Part shown: positions 1-9,281 of the stretch, piece by piece
Layout: the number at the start of each line of letters is the position of its first letter
Position numbering within the stretch: the stretch's first letter is position 1
NCBI GenBank assembly: GCA_964619725.1
Contig: CAZUFC010000102.1
Location: forward strand, 1 to 30,764
DNA: 30,764 nt
Source of the DNA: an uncultured bacterium
GTDB lineage: Bacteria > CSSED10-310 > CAZUFC01
Direction: 5' to 3'
Translations under genes and position numbers: made by a program
The notes under the pieces: model-generated
Database searches by the model: none
What the model was told of the DNA's origin: nothing
The model's input: only the letters and a program-made list of their open reading frames with translations

Positions 1-223
1 GTCGGGATCGTGATCGGGATCGGGGTCGGGATCGGGATCGGGATCGGGGTCGGGATCGGGGTCGGGATCGGGGTCGGGGGCGTGATCGGGATCGTAATCG
101 GGATCGGGATCGGGGTCGTAACAAAATAATTACGAGGTGATATCTCTTGTCCTGATCACATTTTCAAAACTTCCTAATTATTCAAGACCGCAAAAATCTT
201 AACATCAAAAGGGGCATTTTTGA
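1..223 (+). repeat. Family B element (partial): hexamer array (A/G)TCGGG plus conserved right arm
   Basis: 1-120 is tandem ATCGGG/GTCGGG; ~195-223 (taacatcaaaaggggcatttttgat) resembles the arm after the arrays at 16030-16069, 18635-18671 and 24740-24778. Confidence 0.85.
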
Positions 224-272
224 TTGCGAAGGGCTCAGAGCCCTTCGCAAACCATTGCTCCAAAAGATTATC
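224..272. repeat. Family D REP-like palindrome, copy 1
   Basis: Palindrome ttgcgaagggctc-a-gagcccttcgcaa (224-250) followed by ttgctccaaaagattatc; a second copy lies at 5982-6030. Confidence 0.75.
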
Positions 273-481
273 AACCTGAAAGCGCTCGTCCGGTCTGAGC
301 GAAGCTCGACGCATGGAGATATGCTTCAAAAAAGGCAAGCCGGATTCGAAGTCTCAACATTAGCGGATCGGAGGTTTTTTTTTCATGATCCGTCTTCTCC
401 GGGTTAATAAACTAAATCGGAATCGTTAATACCGGTACAAGAAACCCTTGAAGCGCATTGATGCGCGGGATGTACTTATAA

Positions 482-590
482 CCCGGATTTCTCATACAAA
501 ACCTATTACGAGCGTCCATATCCCAGCGCCCTCAAGCGCTTCTTCCTACGGAGTTGCTCAACAGAGCGCTGCCATGTTTGTGCGGTCATC
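482..590 (-). mobile_element. Family C MITE, partial inverted copy
   Basis: ccggatttctcatacaaaacctattacgagcgtccatatccc...ttgctcaac matches the reverse complement of the right part of 18088-18263. Confidence 0.8.
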
Positions 591-977
591 CTCTTTGGCC
601 GGAATCACCCGCTTATTTCCTCCAGGAAATAAACTCAGCAATACCAGAATAGAAATTCCGTCTATAACGATTCCTGAATCTCGAACTGATGTGCCTTCAG
701 GCCGATGCGGCATTGCGCTTCGGTTAATCTCCGGTTTCCGTTTTTCGATTAATTCCTAATTTTTTTTGTCCCGTTTTCCGAAAATCGTCGTTTAATAAGT
801 TAGAAGCAAATTTTCTTTTAAAACGGAATATCGGACTGACGTTGGATGAAGGGGTTCGAGGAAAACCTTTAAATGAAAGGAGGACTTATAGAAAAAACGG
901 ATAGTCACATTAATTGAATTAAGGGATAACGGAAATTAAACTTCCAATGTGCATCGGTAGAAAAGGAGTAAAAAAAA

Positions 978-3900
978 ATGAAACATGTTTTTGGCAGGAA
1001 AAACTACGCGTCGTCAGCAGCTTTTACATTGACGATATTTCTTTTCGTAATGGGATTTAATACGTCTGCCTCTGAACCGGCGTATCAGATGAACGATTTG
1101 AATTCAGGCAAAGGCGAGAGATATATTGATGAATTACACCTTACCTGTTCTCAAATCGATTCTTCCGCTTTTCCACAGGTTGACATGATCGTATTGGTGA
1201 CGGATGAAAGCGATGAACCTGTGCTTGGTCTTGATGAATCGCATTTTGATGTGACCGAGGACGGAGTGGCGGAGGATTTTGATCTGACGGAAATACAGCC
1301 GAATGAGGGTATTGCAGTGGCATTGGCGATAGACGTTTCAGGCAGCATGGCAGGTCTGCCTTTAGAGAACGCCAAGGCGGCTGCGCACGAATTTGTCGAT
1401 CAAATGGGGGCGTTAGACCGCGTGGCTATTGTTGCTTTCGAAAGTTATGCTTATGTCGCACAGGAATTTACCGGCGACAAAGCTCTCCTTCATACTGCCA
1501 TAGATGAATTGTATGCTGACGGTTCAACAGCCTTATTTGACGGCATTTGCTTAGGTTTAGAAGAAGCGTCCGGAGAAGTCGGCGTTAAAGCTGTAATCGC
1601 CTTCAGCGACGGAGAGGAAAACGTCAGCGTTGATTGTTATGGAGAAGATGAGCCCCATTATTCTCCTGTTTGTGATCTTGCGATCCAATATGGTATCCCT
1701 GTTTACACTATAAAAATAGACGCGAAAAAGGGTCCGGCAGCCTTAAAATCAGATGATTGGAAAGCCGGCAGAGACCCCGCATCGAAAGACGACGACTTAG
1801 AAGAAATTGCGGACTGCTCGAATGGGGAATATTACACGGGTTCGTCGGCTGATCTCGGCGAAATATACGTGCAAATAGCATCAGGCATCCAGGAAAGCTA
1901 CAGAATCCGTTACGTCAGTCACAACCAGAATGTCCCACCAATAACCAGGTCAGTGACTACGACAGTCACTTATCAGGGCCTCAGCGATTCATTCACGACG
2001 CATTACAGCGCAGGAAACGCTCCGTGCATACAAAGGACAGAAGATACCATCGCACTCGGGGAAACGGCACAACCTTCATTGATACCGATCACGATAGCCG
2101 CTTACATCACGGATGACGAAGCAGTGTCGGCAGCCCATTTATACTACAGGGAAACGGGTAGCGACGGTCACTACACCGAGGCGGAAATGTCGAACGAATC
2201 AGGAGACCTTTATTCATATACGATTGGAGGAGGGTATGTGCTCGATCCCGGAGTAGATTATTACATAACCGCGGAGGACGGGACCTATATCTCGTCCGAT
2301 CCGGCCAATAATCCCGGCTCAGCGCCCTACCAGATAGCCGTGCTCCCTAATGAAGCGCCCGTAATAGTTCATGAACCGGTAAATGCCTCTGAAAAAAACG
2401 TTGCGGTTGAAATAACCGCCGAGGCTTTTGATGAGACTAACTATGTAGAAAACGTAATGCTCTATGTCCGGGAAAAGGGGGACTTTTTTTACGATGAAAT
2501 GGAAATGTCTCTTAACGCAGGCGCTTACCGGGGCGCTATTCCCGCTTCATACACGCAGGGAGTATGTGTCGAATATTATATCAAAGCATCGGATGACTAC
2601 GGAACCTGCACCTATCACGGAACAGACGAGAATCCACATCAAATACGTCTTCTTCAGGAAGATGAGATGCAAATAGGCTTGCTTGTGATACGGGCCGACA
2701 ATTTTGAAAACATATCAGGCGAACATTGGAGGGCGACCGGCAATATAATGGTTTCCGATTACATAAGGATCGATGGAGCGCTTGATTTCGATTATGCAGA
2801 AATGCGGATATGGTCCGACAGCATCACCATATCATTAATCGATGTCCCCCTTTTAGGTGAGGTTCCGCTGTTTTCGGGCGAGTTGGAAATTAATGCGGAA
2901 ACGGCCGGCTTCTCTGATACCTTTGAAAATGTCGTAAACATGTTTTTTCCTGCCGGGATGGAATTTAAGCTTCAAGATATCCGAATACATCTGAATGAAG
3001 ATTTCACATTCGAATCGGTAGAAATAAGAGGAAAGATAATCCTTCCCGAATATCTGGGCGGCGCTGAATTGGACTTCAGCAATGAGAATTATATTTTAAT
3101 CAGCATTGCCGCAGGAGTCGAATTCAAAGGCGATATCTGCATCGAGAGCCTCCGGTTCGATCCATACTCAGGATGGGAACTTCAGGACATTTGCGTCGCT
3201 TATGATCCTCACGGGGAATGCGGCGGTATGTTCGACGTTCCGTCTATTACCGCCGGAGCTCGCCTGATCCTTCCGGTTCTGAACATCGAAGGCGCTGCAG
3301 GAATTTGCGATTCAAAACTTGATTGGGCCTGTGCGGAATTATCCGGCATTCAAATTCCCATTGCTTCGCCTCCGGTCTTTTACGTCACTGCTATCGGAGC
3401 GTGCGTTATGAATATAATGCCTGAACCTCCACCTTTGAGACTGGAAGGTTGGGTCGACCTGACCGGCGGCACGCCCGTGCCCATCGGAGATAATCAATCT
3501 CTGTATCTTCTTCAACTGAATGGAGTAACTCTGATAATCGATCTCGGCGGACTTGTGGGACTGGAAGGCGATTTCGGCATCTTTATACCGGAGAACCCGC
3601 CCTGGCATATTGAAGTAGGAGCATTAGGCATCAATCTGTTTGAATATGACTTTGAAGGAATCGATCTGGCCTCAGGCGGCGCCTATATCAACGTAAATGA
3701 AGGCTTCAACGGATGGGCTGAAATCGCTTTCCCCCAAGAAAATCCGTTGCTGGAAGCTCACGCGGACCTTGCCGTTGACTGGAACCTTATTTTCTCAGGC
3801 TCAGCCTTCGGCGCCGTCAACCTTCCCCATATTCCCCCTTTCGATCCCCAAACCGTCGCATTTAACGGAGCAATCGATAATGAAAGCATTAGCGGAAGCG

Positions 3901-5828
3901 TCAATCTCGGCGTTGCAGAGTTAAGCGTTCGTTTTTTCCGTTCTGGAGATATTGAATTCTATACCAATTTCAATTTCTTCGACATGCAGAAATTCGAATA
4001 TGTACCCGGAACAAACCTCCTGGCTGATCAAACTTTCTATGTCCCGCCCGGATATGATCTGGTCATGTTTTTGACGAAATGGGAAAAGGGCGATACTGAT
4101 ATCACCCTGGTAACCCCATCAGGTGAAACGGTTATTCCTGAATATGCGCCGATGACGTCCAAAAAGTGGAACTATTTCAAACCGGACAACAGAAAACAAG
4201 CCGCCTATTTCATCAAGAACCCCCAACCCGGAAACTGGCAGGTCTCCCTGACTGATCCTGATGAAATCGGGGAAGCCGTAACAGAAATGTATCTCGCCAA
4301 TTCAAAACCTACCATAGAACTGCATAAACCTGATGTCGATCTGCATGATCCCGAAACCATAGTCGTGGAATGGTTCGCCTTCGACCCTGACGACGATGCC
4401 GAAATCACTATATATCGAGGCTCTGTTCTGGGCGACTGTCAGGGAACGGCAATTGCGGAAAGCATAGAGGAAGTTGAGGGTATTGATTCTATAGAAATCG
4501 ACGTGACTGATTGGCCCTCAGGAAAATATTTCATCAATGCCAAAATAGACGACGGTAAAAATTCTCCCTGTTTCTCTCATTCGACAGCCCAGATTATTGT
4601 CCGGAACCAGAGCGCACACTCTGAACCTCAGGATTTTCGAGTAACGGCGTCTGAATCTTCCGTGCATCTATACTGGAGTCCTCCGGCATCAACCGGAGAT
4701 GATCCGAATATCGGATACCGGATTTTTTACACGGATCGACTGGAATCTTCCGCTTATGACCGGTCAATAGCCGTCGGCAATAAAACTTCGTATATTATCG
4801 ACAATTTGACGCCCGGACGAGCCTACAAATTCGCCATAGCAGCATACGATTCATCCGGCAAATCCGGCGGCAAAAGCGATGCCGTCATTCGGCTCATCAG
4901 CGACGAAAACAACAATGATCCCTGGATACTCTCCTCGCCCATCCGAAAAACCAGAGAAAATGAACGCTACGTCTATACCGTTTCGGCTTATGATATGGAT
5001 GGTGATGAACTGAGCTATGAACTGGTAGAGGCTCCTGAAGGCATGACGATAACGGAGGAAGGACAAATCGAATGGACGCCGTACAATAACCGGATAGGAA
5101 ACAACAGTGTAATTTTAAAAGTCGGCGACGGGAACGGCGGAGAAACCATACAGGAATTCACCATCAACGTCACCCACCTTTACGGAAAAAACATGCCGCC
5201 TCAGTTCTCCTCACTGCCCCTCTGCGCTTACCTCAGCGGAAAAGAATACCTCTACGAAGCTGTTGCAAAGGACCCTGAACGCGATTCTATCGAATACGAA
5301 CTTATCAGGAGCCCTGAAGGAATGGAAATCGATCCCTTGAGCGGCGCGGTCAACTGGCTGCCTGACGCAGATGAAAACGGATGTCATGACGTTATACTGA
5401 AAGCCATAGATAATACAGGCAAATCCTGCTTCCAGCATTTTACCCTTACCTGCTGCGAACCTGATATCGGAGCATACGTCCATTTGAACAAAGACTGGTT
5501 CGTCGAGGGTGATACTATGGACGTCAGCCTTTGTCTCAAAAATGAAGGAGAAACCAAAACAGTAAACCTGTATTTCGCCCTACAGGCATTCGGAGAATTT
5601 TATTTTCTCGATCCCACATCAAATTTCTATCCCGACTTCAGCGAAACGCCCATTCCTTTTACTTTCACCATCGATTCCGGCTTCAGCCAAGACATCAATC
5701 TCTTTGCCATCCCGCTGGCATTCGACTTACCTTTTGCCGAATGCGAATGGTGCGCCTGCATGACAGATACAGATACCGGCGAGTTATACGGCGATTACAG
5801 CATCTTCCCCTTCACTTTGCATCCCTGA
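978..5828 (+). CDS. Large exported VWA-domain protein with Ig-like, FN3 and cadherin/He_PIG-like repeats (adhesin-like)
   Basis: 1616-aa ORF, RBS aaggag, signal-like N-terminus, MIDAS DVSGS and FSDGEE, FN3 motif (LYWSPP..GYRIFY..LTPGRAYKFAIAAYD), two AYDMDGDELSYEL..PEGM.I....I.WTP units. Confidence 0.92.
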   Translation: MKHVFGRKNYASSAAFTLTIFLFVMGFNTSASEPAYQMNDLNSGKGERYIDELHLTCSQIDSSAFPQVDMIVLVTDESDEPVLGLDESHFDVTEDGVAEDFDLTEIQPNEGIAVALAIDVSGSMAGLPLENAKAAAHEFVDQMGALDRVAIVAFESYAYVAQEFTGDKALLHTAIDELYADGSTALFDGICLGLEEASGEVGVKAVIAFSDGEENVSVDCYGEDEPHYSPVCDLAIQYGIPVYTIKIDAKKGPAALKSDDWKAGRDPASKDDDLEEIADCSNGEYYTGSSADLGEIYVQIASGIQESYRIRYVSHNQNVPPITRSVTTTVTYQGLSDSFTTHYSAGNAPCIQRTEDTIALGETAQPSLIPITIAAYITDDEAVSAAHLYYRETGSDGHYTEAEMSNESGDLYSYTIGGGYVLDPGVDYYITAEDGTYISSDPANNPGSAPYQIAVLPNEAPVIVHEPVNASEKNVAVEITAEAFDETNYVENVMLYVREKGDFFYDEMEMSLNAGAYRGAIPASYTQGVCVEYYIKASDDYGTCTYHGTDENPHQIRLLQEDEMQIGLLVIRADNFENISGEHWRATGNIMVSDYIRIDGALDFDYAEMRIWSDSITISLIDVPLLGEVPLFSGELEINAETAGFSDTFENVVNMFFPAGMEFKLQDIRIHLNEDFTFESVEIRGKIILPEYLGGAELDFSNENYILISIAAGVEFKGDICIESLRFDPYSGWELQDICVAYDPHGECGGMFDVPSITAGARLILPVLNIEGAAGICDSKLDWACAELSGIQIPIASPPVFYVTAIGACVMNIMPEPPPLRLEGWVDLTGGTPVPIGDNQSLYLLQLNGVTLIIDLGGLVGLEGDFGIFIPENPPWHIEVGALGINLFEYDFEGIDLASGGAYINVNEGFNGWAEIAFPQENPLLEAHADLAVDWNLIFSGSAFGAVNLPHIPPFDPQTVAFNGAIDNESISGSVNLGVAELSVRFFRSGDIEFYTNFNFFDMQKFEYVPGTNLLADQTFYVPPGYDLVMFLTKWEKGDTDITLVTPSGETVIPEYAPMTSKKWNYFKPDNRKQAAYFIKNPQPGNWQVSLTDPDEIGEAVTEMYLANSKPTIELHKPDVDLHDPETIVVEWFAFDPDDDAEITIYRGSVLGDCQGTAIAESIEEVEGIDSIEIDVTDWPSGKYFINAKIDDGKNSPCFSHSTAQIIVRNQSAHSEPQDFRVTASESSVHLYWSPPASTGDDPNIGYRIFYTDRLESSAYDRSIAVGNKTSYIIDNLTPGRAYKFAIAAYDSSGKSGGKSDAVIRLISDENNNDPWILSSPIRKTRENERYVYTVSAYDMDGDELSYELVEAPEGMTITEEGQIEWTPYNNRIGNNSVILKVGDGNGGETIQEFTINVTHLYGKNMPPQFSSLPLCAYLSGKEYLYEAVAKDPERDSIEYELIRSPEGMEIDPLSGAVNWLPDADENGCHDVILKAIDNTGKSCFQHFTLTCCEPDIGAYVHLNKDWFVEGDTMDVSLCLKNEGETKTVNLYFALQAFGEFYFLDPTSNFYPDFSETPIPFTFTIDSGFSQDINLFAIPLAFDLPFAECEWCACMTDTDTGELYGDYSIFPFTLHP

Positions 5829-5865
5829 TGAAAACATACGGCGTTTCATAAGTAATTAAAAAGAC

Positions 5866-5900
5866 AAAAGGCGGCGATCTTCGCGGATCGCCGCCTTTTT
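5866..5900. terminator. Bidirectional intrinsic terminator
   Basis: aaaaggcggcgatc-ttcgcg-gatcgccgcctttt between convergent genes. Confidence 0.9.
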
Positions 5901-5936
5901 GATTATATGACAACAAATTGATTAAAAAGAATTTAA

Positions 5937-6030
5937 GCATTGGTCAAAAAAACGCTCTTCAAGGTTACAATTTTCGCAGCCTTGCGAAGGTGTCAGGGCC
6001 CTTCGCGAACGCTTGCTTCAAAAGATTATC
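5937..6030. repeat. Inverted family B arm plus family D palindrome copy 2
   Basis: gcattggtcaaaaaaacgctcttcaaggttacaattt resembles the reverse complement of 16031-16069; ttgcgaaggtgtcagggcccttcgc...ttgcttcaaaagattatc resembles 224-272. Confidence 0.7.
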
Positions 6031-6225
6031 GCCCCGGACGGGCTTGTCCCTTCTGAGCAAAAGTTTGACGGCCAGGATATCTCTGCATCTCATATACAAA
6101 GAGATACCTGCATCATCGATCAGTTCGTCATCATAGATACCTTTGGCTTCTGTTAAATACAGTTGCCGCAGTTTCTCCTTCGGAAGACGCGGAGACCATT
6201 TTAAAGCATCGCGACCCTGTTCCAT
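5965..6225 (-). pseudogene. Truncated hypothetical protein; tail encoded by repeat DNA
   Basis: RBS ggag before ATG (MEQGRD...); protein-like WSPRLPKEKLRQLY..EAKGIYDDELID..G..LY.RC segment; the last ~20 codons run through the family D/B repeat. Confidence 0.55.
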
Positions 6226-6291
6226 TAAAATTTCTCCAGCTTTGACGGGGCAGGCATTAGACAGGCGCATCGGTTACTGTTGAAAAATGCT

Positions 6292-7447
6292 TCAGGAATG
6301 GGCGGATATGCTTCCAATGACGCTGATATCGATGTCGCCGTTGAATGTTGTTATTTCTATATCTGCGCCGCCCTCTCCGAGAATCCCGCTGAATTTGCGG
6401 TTCACCTTCTGAAATTCAAGTTCATTATTGAATTCTTCTGAAATGGAGACGTCGCCGCTGAATATATTGCCTGAAATTTCAAATTCTGCGCCGGCAGGGA
6501 GTTTCATCGCTGTATCGCCGCTATGGTTTTTCAATTCATAAAACCCGGTCGGATATACCTGACCGCTGTAAAAAATATCGCCGTTGACCGTTTCGCCTGT
6601 TATTCTATCGGCATTTTCGATATCGAGCATAATGATATCGCCGTTGACCGTGGAAGCCGAAAGGTCTCCCTTGAGGTTTTGAATATAAATATCGCTTGAA
6701 ACGGCGCTCAAAGAAGCATCGCCGACAATGTTCATCGCCTTGATATCTCCGCTGATAGTCTCGCATTTAAAGCCTTTCAGACAATCCCTGACATCCGCCT
6801 TTCCGCTGATAGTTTCGATTTCCAACTTCCCGCCGATATTCTGAACACTTACGCCGCCGCTTTTGGTTTCCACCTTGACGGATGCCCTGTCCGGCGCCTT
6901 CAGTTCAAAGCTGACAGTAACGCCTGTTTTATTCTTTTCCGGATATTTCGTTTTTATCACGAGCGAATCATGAGACCTCCTGATTTTTATTATTACGTTT
7001 TCCAGGTCGGCTTCATTTCCCGCTGTTTTTACTGTCGTCATTTTAACCATCTCTTTGTCCCAGGTTGAGATGTTGATATCACCAGCGAAATTCTTTACGG
7101 ACACTTTTCCATCCCTGTCGAGTTCTATTTCTTCGACATTCTCTTCAGTTACGTCGGCCCGGACAGGTGATGGAAAAGAGAGGGCCATATCCAGGAAAAC
7201 AGTTAGGTAGTGCCTGTCCATAAACTCGAAACTCGATTCAAAATTTAATGCTGGACAGCCACTTGGGTTTTTGATCCATAAACGGACGAATTTATCTTAA
7301 GGCAAGGAAGGCAAGGATTTGCGAGGTAGGGGTATTTATTATACGATGATTGAGTAGAGCCGCAGCCTGACGCAGTCTGGGGAAAATTCGCCGTTTATGG
7401 ACAAAAACTAGGTAAAAACTGAGTTTAAGGATCGAGTCGTTCATCAT
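6292..7447 (-). pseudogene. DUF4097-like beta-strand-repeat (putative adhesin) gene interrupted by a MITE in its signal peptide
   Basis: Repeated ETISGDI/TVNGDI motifs; RBS aaggagg plus ATG at 7447; deleting 7210-7414 (205 bp) gives in-frame MMNDSILKLSFYLTVFLDMALSFPSPVRA-DVT. Confidence 0.88.
7210..7408 (+). mobile_element. Family A MITE copy 1
   Basis: Imperfect TIRs gtgcctgtccataaac / gtttatggacaaaaac; 6-bp duplication TAGGTA at 7204-7209 and 7409-7414. Confidence 0.93.
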
Positions 7448-7469
7448 AGACCTCCTTTCCGGACTGTAA

Positions 7470-8138
7470 TCAGCCGGATAGTGGTGAAATAGTTCGTATT
7501 TCATTGAGTAAATCAACCTTTCGCCGGTAACAGACGAGCAGGTATTTTCTCACCTCCAGATCACCCGGGCGCTCTTTTATTGCTTCCCGGCAGACCCTTA
7601 TTGAATCGTCGATGAGAGCGATGTTCTTTTCAAGAACAGCAGCTAATGCCGGATCAAGTGATTCCCGGCGCGCATCAACAACCCGGTTCAAAGCTTCAAT
7701 TGCCTTTTGATAACTGCGCTCTGCTTCAGCAATCCGCTTCATGGCCGTAAGGTGAAGCTGTTCGGACTTGATCAGGTAACTCTTCTGGGGACTTTCATGC
7801 CTTAAAAGCATTATCGCAACGATGAGAATCATGGCAGCGGCAACCCCGTAACAGGCTTTTCGGAATACCGAAAAACCGCTGGAAGGAGAGGCAGGAGTAT
7901 TCCTTAACCGGCTGGACAGTTGATCACTCAAGCATATTTCTATCTGAGGCCAGATATCTGATCCCGGTTCAACCGTTTCAAGAGAACGAGCCCCGTCGAG
8001 CATTTTTTTATAGTCATCGAACAATTTTCGGCATCGGTTGCAATTCGACAGGTGGTCGCGAAGCAACGCCGAACGCTTTTCCGTCAGTTCTCCGTCAATG
8101 AAATCGCTCATCAATCGTTCAAATTTTATACACTTCAT
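7470..8138 (-). CDS. Zinc-binding (zf-HC2/ZAS) transmembrane anti-sigma factor
   Basis: MKC..FE.LMSDFIDGEL...HLSNCNRC (HxxxCxxC), one TM helix, helical C-terminal domain; directly downstream of the ECF sigma. Likely start is ATG 8138. Confidence 0.92.
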   Translation of the reverse strand: MKCIKFERLMSDFIDGELTEKRSALLRDHLSNCNRCRKLFDDYKKMLDGARSLETVEPGSDIWPQIEICLSDQLSSRLRNTPASPSSGFSVFRKACYGVAAAMILIVAIMLLRHESPQKSYLIKSEQLHLTAMKRIAEAERSYQKAIEALNRVVDARRESLDPALAAVLEKNIALIDDSIRVCREAIKERPGDLEVRKYLLVCYRRKVDLLNEIRTISPLSG

Positions 8139-8154
8139 GACTGCTCCCTCGCTA

Positions 8155-8354
8155 GTTTTTGTCCATAAACGGCGAATTTCCCCCAATGCTGCGTCAGACT
8201 GCGGATTTGCTCAGTCAACGTATAATAAATGCGCCTCCTTCGCAAATCCTTGCCTTCCTTGTCTTAAGAAAAATTCGCTCGTTTATGGATCAAAAACCCA
8301 AGTGGCTGTCCAGCATTAAATTTTGAATCGAGATTTGAGTTTGTGGACAGACAC
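8155..8354 (-). mobile_element. Family A MITE copy 2 (inverted relative to copy 1)
   Basis: Same TIRs and body on the reverse strand; duplication TCGCTA at 8149-8154 and 8355-8360. Confidence 0.93.
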
Positions 8355-8901
8355 TCGCTAAGAGTCGCCTCATTTTTTTACGGGCTTTGAAGAGTTGCGA
8401 TTTTGACGTGCCGACTTTACAGCTCATAATGTCGGCTATCTCCAGATGACTGAAACCCTGAACATCATGGAGAATAAAAACCGCTTTTAATTTGGGGGGC
8501 TGCTCCTTCATGGCCCGCTCGATATCATGGGCGAGATAACCCTTCCCGGAAAGCGATACCTCGAATTGTTCCATATTCTCGTGGAGATCGAGTTTCTCCC
8601 TTTTGACCTTCCGGGAATGACTGATACAAGCATTTATGGCGATTCGACAGAGCCAGCCCTTCAGGGCGGACGGCTTTTTCAGCGTTTTGATCCTTTTGAA
8701 AGCGGCGACGAATACGTCATGGAGTAATTCTTCCGATATCCCATAATCATTCGTAAACCGGCAAATGATATTAAAGAGCGGAACTCGAAAGGCTTCATAT
8801 AATTGTTTCATTGCGTTTTGATTCCCTTCACGACATAGGGCGACGATGACAACATTATCCGGGACTTTCTGTCTCTGCTGCATCGTACCTTTCTTGATCA
8901 T
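8290..8901 (-). CDS. ECF sigma-70 factor with MITE-derived C-terminus
   Basis: Region 2 (EELLHDVFVAAF..LKGWLCRIAIN) and region 4 (VFILHDVQGFSHLEIADIM...GTSKSQLFKAR); start 8901 or 8883. Confidence 0.92.
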   Translation of the reverse strand: MIKKGTMQQRQKVPDNVVIVALCREGNQNAMKQLYEAFRVPLFNIICRFTNDYGISEELLHDVFVAAFKRIKTLKKPSALKGWLCRIAINACISHSRKVKREKLDLHENMEQFEVSLSGKGYLAHDIERAMKEQPPKLKAVFILHDVQGFSHLEIADIMSCKVGTSKSQLFKARKKMRRLLASVCPQTQISIQNLMLDSHLGF

Positions 8902-9044
8902 GTACCTTTCACCTCTCTGTCTTACCTGTTTCGCCATGAATGCCGTCGCGAATCGCCTTAAGCCGTCCTTACGCTCGCATAGCTGTCGGACTCTACTTAT
9001 AATGACGCCTCTCGACGCGAAAAGGTTGCTTATTAAATTTAACA

Positions 9045-9095
9045 GCGCCTGTCCATAAACTCGAGTACCCATTCAAATTTTACTGCTGTAGGCGC
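9045..9095 (+). repeat. Solo left module of family A
   Basis: gcgcctgtccataaactcga...attcaaatttta.tgctg matches the first ~50 bp of copy 1; bounded by agcgcct/aggcgct. Confidence 0.75.
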
Positions 9096-9281
9096 TCACC
9101 AGCTTGCTAAATTCGAAATAAAATTCAAAACCCATCGGAATCCTTGAAACGATATAATGACAGGCTGTTGAGATTGACTATAGAATCTTTGATTTGTTAA
9201 AATTATAACCTCCTTTGAATATCAGAAATCCAAAAACTGGATAACTGTTTATTTGAACTTAATCAGGGAGAAAAAGATATC

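Noticed and set aside
1-120. Hexamer arrays as CRISPR or as DP/IP/SG repeat proteins
   Set aside because: No repeat-spacer structure and no cas genes; ORFs such as 15858-16055, 15893-16210, 18369-18593 and 24460-24898 arise from stop-poor hexamers.
448-759. 103-aa ORF
   Set aside because: Largely reads through the family C repeat; no RBS or protein features.
7210-7408. Family A as a self-splicing intron
   Set aside because: TIRs plus target duplication indicate DNA transposition; no group I or II core motifs recognised.
7292-7516. 74-aa ORF as a separate gene
   Set aside because: It is the DUF4097 start read into MITE copy 1.
8902-9072. Long N-terminal extension of the sigma factor
   Set aside because: Begins inside the solo family A module; RBS-like motifs precede 8901 and 8883.
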